A DNA stretch of 64,000 nucleotides. Source: Felis catus. Taxonomy: Eukaryota. Position 1 is the stretch's first letter; the number at the start of each line of letters is the position of its first letter. Under the pieces are notes generated by a model. That model did not search any database and was not told where the DNA came from. It saw only the letters and a program-made list of their open reading frames with translations. The DNA lies in assembly GCF_018350175.1 (NCBI RefSeq), contig NC_058377.1:112158001-112222000 (forward strand), read 5' to 3'. Both the position numbers and the translations under genes were made by a program. This document shows positions 45,490 through 56,345 of this stretch, piece after piece.

Positions 45490-48289
45490 TCTGTTAACAT
45501 CCTTTATTATGAAACCTACTTTGATGCTAATATGCCTACTAAAGTTTTCTTTTGGCTTTCTTTTCTTTTGGTATAGCCTTACCACACTCTTGCTTTTTAA
45601 CATACCTGTGTCTTAATAGTTAAGGTGTGCCCCTTGGAGGCGTCCTGCTTGTCTTCTAACCTGACAATTCTGCCTTTTAACTGGGGTGTGTTTGCACCAT
45701 TTACGTTTAATGTGATTATTGATATGGTTACGTTTAACTTCAATCTTCTGTTTTTTATTTGCTCTATATGTATTTTGTCTCCCTTTCTCTCCCTCTTTTC
45801 CTACCTTCTTTTGGGCTGAATATTTTTATGATTCCATTTTATCTCCTGTGTCACCTTATTAGCTATAATTTTTTGTTTGGTTACTTTAGCAGTTGCCCTA
45901 CATATTACCTTTCCCTGTGTCATAAGCCCCAAACTACATTGTTATTATTTCTGTTTAAAGCCAATGACTTTTATTTCTTAAAAAATTTTTTTAAGCCAAT
46001 GACTTTTAAAGGGATTTAAATAGTAAGCACATTTCTTTACATAGTCTTGCTGTTGCCATTTCTGGTGCCTTCCTTCCTCTGAGTATTTCCATCCAGTGTC
46101 ACTCTCCTTGTACCTGAAGGAAGTCCTTCGTTCGATGTTTCTCAAAGTGCAGCCCGCCAGTGATGAAGCCTTTTAGCTTTTGCGTTTTTTAGAAGTCTTT
46201 GTTTTACCTTTGTTTTTGAAGTAGCTCTGTTTTCCTCCTCCGTTAGTACTTTCAAGACGTATCTCTGTGACTTCTCACTTGCACTGTTTCTAATGCTGGA
46301 TCTGCTGTCATTCTTGTCTTTGTTCTTTGTAGGGGATGCATCTTTCCCCACTCTGCTGGCTTTTTAAAGATTTTTATCTTTGTCACTGGTTTTGAGCAAT
46401 TGGAAAACTATGTGTGTTGGTGGACTTTTTTCCCCAGGGGGTCTTGAGTTTGCTCAATCTGTGAGTTCACAGTTCACTTGCAGTTTTGAAACATTTTTAT
46501 CATTATTTAAATATTTTTTCTGTCTTTCTCCCCACATGAGCACCTCCACTCCAGGAACTTATACTGACATGAAGCTGACCCATAGTGCACTGATGCTCTA
46601 TTGTTTTATTTCCTTAAAAATGATGGTTCCTTTTTCTCTCTGTGTCGCCCTTGGGACGGTTTCTAGCATTACTTCTTTGCGTTCACTGTCCTTTCCTTCT
46701 GCAATGTCTGATCTGCCATTAATCCCATGCTGTGTATTTTTCATTTCAGACATTGTAGTTTTCAACTCTGGAAGTTTAAATTGAGTTTTAAAATTAAAAA
46801 AAAATTTGTGGGGAAATACAACATAAAATTTGCCATCTTAATCATTTTTAAGTGTACAGTCCAGAGAATTTTAATTTTTTCCCCTGTCACTATTATCCTA
46901 TGGAATATAGTTATGATTCTTTAATATCCTTCTCTGCTAATTCTAACTACTATGTCAATCCCTGGTCAGCTTTGACTAATTGATTTTTCTCCTATGGGTT
47001 GTGTTTTCTGCTTCTTTGCACACCTGGGAATTTCTGAGTGGATGCCACACACTGCAAATTCCACTTTGCTGGGGTGCTGAGTATTTTTGTGTTCTTATAA
47101 ATATTCCTGAGTTTTGTTTTGCGTGCAGCTAAGTGACCTGGAAAGGGTCTGATGTTTCAGGTCTTGGTTTCAAGATTTGTTAGGTGAGAACAGAGACATG
47201 ATTAGTTTAGGGCTGATTACTCTCCAGTGTGAAGGCAGGACCCTCCTGAGTACCTTCCCAATGCTGCATGAATTTTCTGCTTTTTTTTCTTCTTCCAGTT
47301 TGGTGGGTAGGAAGAGGCCCTGCCTCTTTATCTTGCGTGAGCTCCAGACACCGTTCTCGAACCCTTTGGGTGATGCTTTCTCTGGCTTTTCACCAATGAG
47401 TGTGCTGGTTGGAGCTTTGCTGACTCCCTCCGTGCAGCTACTTCCTCTTTGGCACTCTGTTCTGCAAACGATGGCTGCCGTGGGCCCCTGGGCTCTCAGC
47501 CCCACCTCTACCTGAGTATCCTTCCAGCCTGCGCCGGGCTTCTCGCTCCTGGACACTCAGCGCGGGACGCCGGGGCAGTCATAGGGCTTGTCTTGTGTGT
47601 TTGCATCTTTCACGGTCAAAACAAGGCCTCGTTTCACACATTTTGTCTGAGTTTTGGTCGTTTCCTGTGGAAGGCAAGTCCAGGCTCTGTTTTCCCATCA
47701 CGGCCATGAACAGAAGGAGGCATTTTTTTAAATATAATTTTAAGTTTCTTTTTTTGTGGAAAATCTCAAACATAAACAAAAGTAATGAGAAGTACCACAA
47801 TAAGCCCTATGACCCCTCCTGAAATTTCCACCATCATCCATTTTGGGGCACTACTCTTACTGAGACAATCTCAAACTTCCCTGCTTTTAATCCACACTAC
47901 CTTGCTTCTCACGGGTGCTGACCCCAAATGGGAGTGGAGACGCAACGGTGTCCCAGGACAGTGACTATTCACTCAGGTGCCCGGGAGGGGGGGTGGCCCC
48001 CACGGCCTGAATGCCAAGACTCTCAGACTCACGCTGAAGTGTGTAATCACGCCTGACAAAGACACAGGTGGTCACCGATCTTGGAAAAGGAAGAAATGAC
48101 TGGCACTCCCGAGAGACTGGGCCTCCTTTCCCACCCACCCCTCCAGCACCAGCGTTCACGGACAGCACGCACCTGGCGAGACACGAGCTCACACGGTGCT
48201 CCGAGATCACATGTGCACCACTGACAAGTAATTCATTTACTCTTCATCATAACTAAGCAATCCCTTCCCTATTTCCTGTTCAGAGACCT

Positions 48290-48610
48290 TTGGATGCATC
48301 AGTCTGAATAATTGAACAGAAAGCCTCCAGCTTCTGAAGCTTTTGAAGTCCCTCCTTAATCACCTGGACAGAAACATGCCTCTCTACTCTGCCCCACATC
48401 TGCCGAACACGATCAAAGAAACCCCACGTGGTGGTGCTTGGTTCCTTGGTTGGCCAGATGTACCATTTTCCTTCCTTGATGGTAGGATGCTTCTGGAACT
48501 TTCTCGGTAGCTGCTGAGTACCACTACCATCATCAAGGAGTGCTGCCCTCCCACCCCGCATCAAACACTCTTGGCTGTAACTGATGAAAATGGTCCACAG
48601 CATCATCTTT
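48290..48610 (-). mobile_element. Possible ancient non-L1 LINE reverse-transcriptase remnant (RTE/L4-like)
   Basis: Frameshifted motifs in RT order: IFISYS / RVFDA, LPRKF, KEGLQ, FLFNY (cf. FIDYxKAFD...GxPxKF...GxRQG...LFN). Confidence 0.35.
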
Positions 48611-48621
48611 TATTGGGCTGC

Positions 48622-48938
48622 TGTCATGGGTCGGATGGTGTGTCCCCACCCTGCCCCCTGCCCCACTGAAACCAAGTTGAAGCCCTACCCTCAGCACCTC
48701 TGCACCTGACTGTATTTGGGGGAGGGCCCACCCTAACAGCCTCACATGTCCCCACGAGAAGAGGAAACAGAGTCTAGAAAGACAGCAGGGGTGCCCACAC
48801 GAAGGGGGGTCATTTGCAAGCCAGGGAGAGACGCCTTGGAGGAAACCAGCCCTTCCAGCCTCCAGGACTCTGAGCAAACGACTCTGTTGCTGAAGCCACG
48901 TGGTCTGTGGTGCTTCGCTACGGCAGCCTGAGCCGACA
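48622..48938 (+). mobile_element. MaLR LTR (MLT1B-like, internally deleted)
   Basis: gttgaagccctaccc...gactgtatttgg...tgcaagccagggagag...tgaagccacgtggtctgtggtgcttcgctacggcagcc. Confidence 0.8.
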
Positions 48939-51319
48939 GGACGGGTGCTAAGCCCCGTGTCCTCCGTGGGGATGGCAGGGAGGCTCCAGATACTCCAAAT
49001 GAACCAGAGTATTCACACCAAAACACTGTGACACGGAGACAGGCCACCAAAGAGTGGGCGGTGAGTCGAGACTAGCGGCGAGCTGGGTCCAGGTAGTCAG
49101 TTTCTGGGGAACTGAAGGCTGGGGGCCCATGCACGGAGGGCTGTGAGGCCAGGGGCAGGAGGCTAGAGGATGACACCCATCCCGGCTGGCATGGTTTCTT
49201 CTCAGGGATCCGAGGAGAACTCCCACCAGGAGGAATCTAGAAATCAGCTTCCTCCGCAGCTGCTGCTTTTTCCACCTTACCGGGAGGCATGCATCTGGGG
49301 AGGCTCGAGGGGGGATCCTTCCGGAGGAGAAGCTGTCTCCAGCCCCAGGGCGGATCCTACTCCCTCTTTGAAAATCCCCTGGCCCTGAGCTTCGGGAGAG
49401 GAGTCAGGAAAAGGCAGTGCCATGAAAGACACACAGAGAACCGAACTGCCTTCCCTCTCCCTTGTGTCCCCGAAAGCTCCTTGCGGGGAACTCCTCAGCT
49501 TAATAACTCAGAAAAAACCACTAAAGGCGATCCTGAGGAAGGCGCTTAATGGGTTCTCGGGGGCGGCTGGAATCCAGAGCTCCGTGGAGTCGGGGAGCTT
49601 CTCATTACGGGGAGAACCTCGGGCTGGAGAGAAAGCGTGTGAATCGCCCCAAAGCCAGCGCACCGTGGAGCATGGCCACTGCTCCCTCTGGAGGGTGACC
49701 CGGCCGGCGCCTCCCCCTGGCCTGTCCCCTTCTGCAGGGAAGCAGCGGGGTAAGGGCAGCACGGAGCCCGCCAGGTGTGGCCTCTGAGACCCGTTCCTGC
49801 AGCCGCCCCACCGGAGAGCCCCGCCCCCCTCCTCCCCGTGGGGACGCGGCCCCCGCCACCTCACCCCAGCTGGTGACCTGTGACAGCGAGCCACCGCCGG
49901 CAATGGCTGCTCGGACGCCCCGGGCCCCCAGGGGGCCCGCCCTCTGGCTCGGGGGGCAGCGCTCGCCAGGTCCCCCCTCCCGTGCCGTGGGGCGGCTGGT
50001 GGGCTGACCTGCAGAGAGACCCCCAGCAGGGAAGGCAGGACCCCCGTGTCCTGTGCGGCGTGTCTCCCCCGGTCCGACCGCCGGCCTCTCCGCCTACGCT
50101 GCCCGCCGAGGGCAGGGCTTCTCTGCTCACGTGGCCCCCACGGAGCTTCCGGTTTCCCGAACCACGAGGACACGCCCTCTCCAGGCAGGGGTTGCGCCCA
50201 CGTGGCCCAGCCCTGGCCAGTCGGAGCTTCCCGTTCCCCAGGCCACAGTGATTGGTTTAAGAAAGGTCATGTGACCCAAGCCAGGCCAATCAGGACCCAG
50301 CCTGGGTTTTCCCGCCGGGTCTCGGGCGCAGGTGGTCCCCGGTCATCGGAGCCGGAGGGTGTGCGAGGGTGCGGGTGGGTGTGAGGGCCGCAGGTGGGCG
50401 GGTACGACCTGCCGCGCCGGGAAAGGGGGCCCGTGAACGAGGGGGGGAAGTGGAGACCCGCGCCCCGGGACCCCTGCATCCAGCCTGCATCTGGGGACCC
50501 ACCCCTAAGTGTGCGATCACCGGCGCGGCGCGTGACCCGCTACTTAAACTCGGCTGTCGGGTGGGCCCTGACGGCCGCCGCTGCCTCACTGTTTTCTGAC
50601 CTATAAAAGTGGCAGCGTCCTGTGGCTCCCCTGAATGCTGAGGGGGACTTCTGTCACCGGCCTTGAAAAGGCCTGCATGAAAACGGATTCCGTGGGTAGC
50701 TGTGCTGAGCCGCAGCGCCCCTGGCCCTTTGAAGCCCTTCCCTCTTTTAGATCTGGCGGGGTTTGCGAGGGGCTCAGCGCTCCTGTCCTTGACAAGGACT
50801 TAACAAACATTATTTTATTCCTAATGGCAGAACTTTGGGCCCCAGCACCACCCCAGGTGGCCCTGACCCCAGGAAGGGTGCTGCCTGGCTTCCTTTAGGA
50901 GCTGTGGTCAAGGACACGCCAGGTCTGCTTCTGGGGACCGGGACCGCTGTTCCACCACCACGCTCCCCATGGAGGCTTTACCCTGAAAGGGGCCCCGAGC
51001 AGCCTGCACCTGCGTGTCTCTGAGCTCTGCTGGAAGCCTTCAGACTGTGCGGCCTCCATCCGGGTCACTACAGCCGGCCCGCCGCTCAAGACGGAGCATT
51101 GCAGGGCCTCCCTCAGCCGAAGGGCCGGAGGGCACCGGGAGACACCCCAGAAACCAGTGCTCCGTGCTCAATCGCCTCCAGGACCTCAAATGTAGTTACC
51201 CTTTCGGAGCTATCAGGAGGTGGGGGTGGGGGGGACCAAGAGAGGGGAGGACAAGAAACGCCTCCCCCACCCGGTGTGTTCCCCGCAACGCTCTAGTTCT
51301 GGCTTCTCGGACTAAGATG

Positions 51320-52322
51320 TGCTGGCGGCCAATAAGCACATGGATAGATACTCAACATCCTGAGTCATAAGAGAGACGCAGATTAGAGCCCCAAGGACAC
51401 ATCACTGTGCACCTGTGGGACCGATGACAGTGGAAAGCTGGACCACACCGCCGGGGGAATGCCAACCGGTGCAGCCGCTTTGGAAGACCCGTTTGCAGTT
51501 TCTTAAAAAGTTACACATTTAGGGGCGCCTGGGTGGCTCCGTTGGTTGAGCGTCCGGCTCCGGCTCAGGTCATGATCTCACAGTTTGTGGGTTTGAGCCC
51601 CGCATCGGGATCTGTGCTGAGAGCACAGAGCCTGGAGCCCGCTTCGAGTTCTGTGTCTCTCCCTCTTTCTCTGCCCCTCCCCTGCCCATGCTCACACTGT
51701 CTCTGTCTCTGTCCCTGTCTCTCTCTCAAAAATAAACTTAAAAGTTACACATTTCTTTCTACCATGTGACCCAGCCATTCCCCTTCTGAGTATTTATCCA
51801 AGAGAAACAAACACATACGTCCACACAGAGACTTGAGTGCAAACAATTTGCAGCGCGTTTCTGCAGCACCCGGAAGTGGGTTCCGTGCAATGCCCACCAG
51901 CGGGCGACTGGTTAAGCAAACTGTGGCCCAGCCAAGCCATGGAGCGTCACTCGTAAATACAGAGGAACGATCCGTATCCGCAAATCTCAAAGCAATGACT
52001 CTGAGTCAAAGGAACCAAACCAAAAAAAAAAAAAAGAGCCCAGACGGTATGATTCCCCGTTTATGTAAAGCTCCTGAAAATGCAAACTACAGGAGTAGCA
52101 GGAAGCTGAGGAATGGTTGCTAAGGAAACGGGGGTGGGGAGAGCAGAAGGTGGGGGTCACGGGAACTCAGGAAGCCTTCGGGGCGATGGATGCGTCATCT
52201 TGAACCTGGTGATGGTTTCACAAGGGGACACGTGCGTCAAAACGTATAGTATTGTACAACTTAACTGTGTAAAGTTTACTGTATGTCGATTATACCTCAG
52301 TCAAGTTGTTTGAAACAAAAAA
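51320..52322 (+). mobile_element. Old L1M 3' portion with SINE insertion
   Basis: ccaataagcacatgg...accatgtgacccagccattcccc...tatttatccaagagaaa...ttatacctcagtcaagttg. Confidence 0.82.
51522..51739 (+). mobile_element. Can-SINE
   Basis: ggggcgcctgggtggctc head; perfect TSD aaaagttacacattt at 51506-51520 and 51740-51754. Confidence 0.96.
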
Positions 52323-55300
52323 GACATCATTACGCCACATCACAGACGCCACCGGAAGGGACGCCCCACGTGGGGGCCAAGTGGCTCCGGGATGAAGACA
52401 GTCTGAGTGAGTGGGACTGGGACGCGAGAACGCCTCTCAGCGCCCCTTCCAGTATGGACTGGATCCAGGTTCAAAGTTCTGGGAGACAGTGTCCGGATCC
52501 ACGTCCCCTGCAGGCTCCCCCTGCTCCTTGGGGCAGGGCGGGAAACCGAGCATTGCCGCTCCCGCCCTACGCCCCACACGGCAGTTCAAGAAAGACCGTT
52601 CTGCGTTCTGTCTCAGCGTCTGCAAAGTGCTTCTAACCCCGGGGGATTTGGGGGCACTGGGGGCTCGCTGACGGCACTGCCCACCCCGTGGGGAGGAGGC
52701 TGACATCTCAGCCTAGGCCACTCCGTGCCTAGGCTGACATCTCAGGGCATCCCCGTTAGAGCCCTGTCTCTGCATCCTGCCTGGGTCTGACCCCGCGACC
52801 CCAGGCTCTCTCTCGCCGCCCACAAAACCACATTTCTGGGCCCAAAGCTCCACCCTATCTTGTGCCTCTACTCCCAGCCAGGATTTCCAAATTTTGGCAA
52901 GTCTGGTCTCCTTGGGCCCCCACCGGCCCCCACCACCTTGGCACTGATGGCGAACTCAGGCCCTCTGGAGCCCATGACCCCACAGCCCATAGTGCTTATG
53001 GGGGCGCCCTACCCAATCCCACTCGACCCTGCCTCGGTTTACCCCAGCTGACCAGTCTCCCCCATACGTTTTGTCTGGGGCTTTTCTGTGGGGGCTTCTG
53101 TACTGGTCCCAGGCCATTCTGGCCTTGTAGGAATGCCTCGGCCCTCCACACGCATCCTGCCAGGGAGCTGATGTCCTAGGCCGTCAAATCCTAGCTCCCC
53201 ACACTGGGAGGCACACAAGGGGTGTGGGGGTCTTTGGAGGCAGGAGAACAGGCTGACTTGATGCAACTTTGGCTCTTGGCCCCTGGCTCCTTCCATGCTC
53301 ACATGTTTACACTCCGGCGGGACTTCTGCCCGTCGTTCCTCTGCTCACGGTTGTGGAGGGCCTGGCTTGAAGGGTCTCTGTGCCCTTCCCTGACTCGTTA
53401 GCAGACCCGGTCCCCCCACCCCGGGCGGGGAGCGCGGGGCCTCTGATGCCGAGTTTTATCACGTGAGGACATGTTACGGTATACAAATAAACAGATGCAC
53501 GCATGGGGGGCGGGTTCGAGGTCGAGGAAGGGCAGAGATTCTGGGGCTGCACAGCATTCCCTGCCATGTGCTCTGGGGTGCTCAGCGGGTGGCTGGGTGA
53601 TGGGCAGAGAGGTCCGGGGACGCGGCTGGGGAGAGCAAAGGAACTCTGAGTTCCCGCGGGCTCCTGGGAGCTGGGCCTGACATCTGTATCTGTGCACCGA
53701 CAGCAAGTGCCCGAGGCTTTGCTGCACGCAGCCTGGCCTGTGTCAGCGCCTGGTGACTGTGGACCGAATCAGCAGAGCACCGGGCCGCTGAGAGCCAGCG
53801 AGGGACACTGCGCTCCCCCAGCTCGTGAATGCAGATGTGTGGCCAAGCGTCCCGGGGGGGCGGGTTCTGGAAAACGCACCTGAGGAGCGGTGAGCCTGAG
53901 CCGTTCACGCCCACCAAGAGCCGGTCTGCCCCTCAGCACCCCTGGAGCCCTTTGCTGGTCTAAGTGCTGCACGGTGACTTCTGGCGAGTCCAGTGCCGAG
54001 CCCGGCCCACCTGGGAAGACGGTGGCCTGCGGGAGAAGCGGTGGCCTAGGAGCCAAGCACCCGCACTCCCAGCCCTAGCTTTTCCCTCAGCAGCAGCTTG
54101 AGCAAGGGGCCAAGACCTCCAATAGCCTCAGTTTCCCCAGTGATGCGACGGGGATGCCCAGGGCTGCTGCGAGGCTCTGTGGTGCTCCCTGACAACGCCT
54201 TTGTGAGCCACGGTCCCTGTAGGCCTTGCTTTCCTGCCAGTCACCCCGGGACACAGCCCGTGGGCCCCACATCCCCAGTGAAGGCCGGCCCCTCGAGCAA
54301 ACAACGATGGTCCCAAGATACCCTGCGGGAATGGTGGGAGCCCGAGGACGCTGGGCCTGCACCTCTCATGCAGAGGCCTCGGCCCCAAGCCCCGCCTCCC
54401 TCCTTCCTTCCCAGGGGCAAGTGTGAGCAGTGAGTGTCCCCCCTGCCCACCCCTGTCCCCATACCGCATCGCCAAGGACCCTCTTCCTTCAGACTGGGAA
54501 ACCGAGGCACTGATGTGACCCTGCAGGGCCCAGAAGCCTCCAAGACACTCAAAATCCCTGCCCTGCCAGTCAGGAGAGTGAGGCTGTTGGTACTGTCCTG
54601 GTCCCCAAAGCTCCGGGCTCGGGTGGAGAAGGTTCCAGCATATCAAGGAACACGGGAAGGAGGAATCTAAACGTGCTGAGTGAGGGCACCTTGGTGGCCT
54701 GTGTTGCTGGCAGAATAGTCCTGCCCGCTGGTCTTCAGGGGGAGACCACGGTGGCCAGCTGCCTACCTGCCTGCCCATGGCAGGCTGGGAGTCCCCGGGG
54801 CTGGCTCAGAGCCCAGGGAAGCACTTCTGGGGCTTGCGGGGAGGGGGGGGTTGTCACACAGTCTCCCAGAGCCTCAGATTCACCATAAACGGGGGCCAAA
54901 GGCATACAGGCTGTTTTTCAGAATACAGCCAGGTAAAGGCGTGGGGCAGCTGTGCTCAGAGCACAGACACGGACGGATGCGGCAGCCGCTACCCCGACAC
55001 CCAGGACATCCACAGGGCAGCAGACCCTGGCCCCTGGGTTCCTGCCTGTCGGATGGAACGGCACCCAGCATGCAGAAAACAGAGGCCACAGCTCCTCTCC
55101 CTGTTGCGATCCCCCTGCAGCCCAGCTGGTCCCCTGCCCTGGCCGCTCGCGGCCTCCAAGGGGCCCTGACCAATGCCCACAGCGTGTGGCGGCAGCCTGC
55201 GAGGACAGTGATGAGGCTCCGGGGCCCAGCTCCCCTCGGCGACCTGCCCGTGTCCACGAGCCACTAGATCATCACCTCTCTGCTCCGGAACATTCCACCT

Positions 55301-55945
55301 CCCAGAGTGCTCTCTTCACAAACCACACCCCAGAGCTCTTTGGTGGCCACCCAAGATGCAGCTGGGGCCACCGCACGGCCTGTGTCACCAGGGTGCTGTC
55401 CCTGCCCCCGGCAAAGACCCAGACCAGGAGGAGAGATGCCGGGCACATCTTTCCTCAACCATCGGGGCTGAGCCTCGAGCTGTGCCTGGCCCGCGGGCAG
55501 GTGCAGGGCAGACAGTCACATGCCAGGTGCCCGTCAGTGGCGGTTGAAAGAAAGCACACGCTGTTAGTGTATTGGAGCCCCGAGCTCCAGCTGGGCTCAC
55601 GATTCTTCCCGCGGGTCCAGTTGTAACCACACTGGAGCGTCCAGGCTGGGGGCAGGGACGGGGGAGGGCTGGAGGGGATGCCCTAGGACATAAATGGATG
55701 AGGTCATTAGGACAGTGAATGTACTCGGGGTGCTGTGGGGAAGGCCACGTGGAGGGGGGTTCAGGACCGGCCCCTCCAGGTGGAAGCAGAGCGAGCAGGT
55801 GAGAAGGTCCGGTCTGGGAATCTGATGACAAGAAGTCAGAGGGGGTCAGCTGCTGGGGTTTTACTGCAACAGGTGCGCCTGCCAGGGCTGTGGAGGGGGG
55901 TGGGTGTCAAGGCCAGGACGTGACCTGAACGGTGCCCAGCACCCA

Positions 55946-56345
55946 GTTATGAGCTGAGTTGTGTTCCTGGAAAGTCACATGTTGAAACCTGACCCCCAGC
56001 ACCTCACAAGGGCTCTGTATTTGCAGATGGGGGCTTTGAAAAAACAGTTCAATTACAATGGGGCTACTGGGGTGGGCTCTGATCCCAGGGTGACCAGGGT
56101 CCTTCAAAGAAGACGGGGTCAGGACACAGACACGCACGGAGGGACGGCCCCGTGAGGACACAGGGAGAGGATGGCCGTCCGCACACAAGGAGAGAGGCCT
56201 CGGGAGGCCCCGGCCCCGCCCACGCCCGGACCTCGGGTCCCCAGCCTCCGGGACCGGGAGAGGATAAATGTGTAAGCCCCCCAGGCTGTGACACCTTGTC
56301 ATCCTGCAGCCTGACTTTGCAGACGGCAGCCCGAGCAAACACACA
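55946..56345 (+). mobile_element. MaLR LTR (MLT1B-like)
   Basis: gttatgagctgagttgtg...catgttgaaacctgacccccagcacctca...ctgtatttgcagatggg...ggcagcccgagcaaac. Confidence 0.85.

Larger units (their letters stand above)
44300..47560 (-). mobile_element. Old L1M 5' half (ORF2 endonuclease, ORF1, 5' region), degenerate
   Basis: T-rich; gctagaagtttatcaatgtt...ttttcaaagaacc; tattttgaagctctgttat; accatttacgtttaatgtgattattgatatgg (reverse of SIITLNVNG, ~45700). Confidence 0.85.

Noticed and set aside
5593-51739. tRNA genes
   Set aside because: tRNA-like A/B boxes are the heads of Can-SINEs, followed by (CT)n and A-tails.
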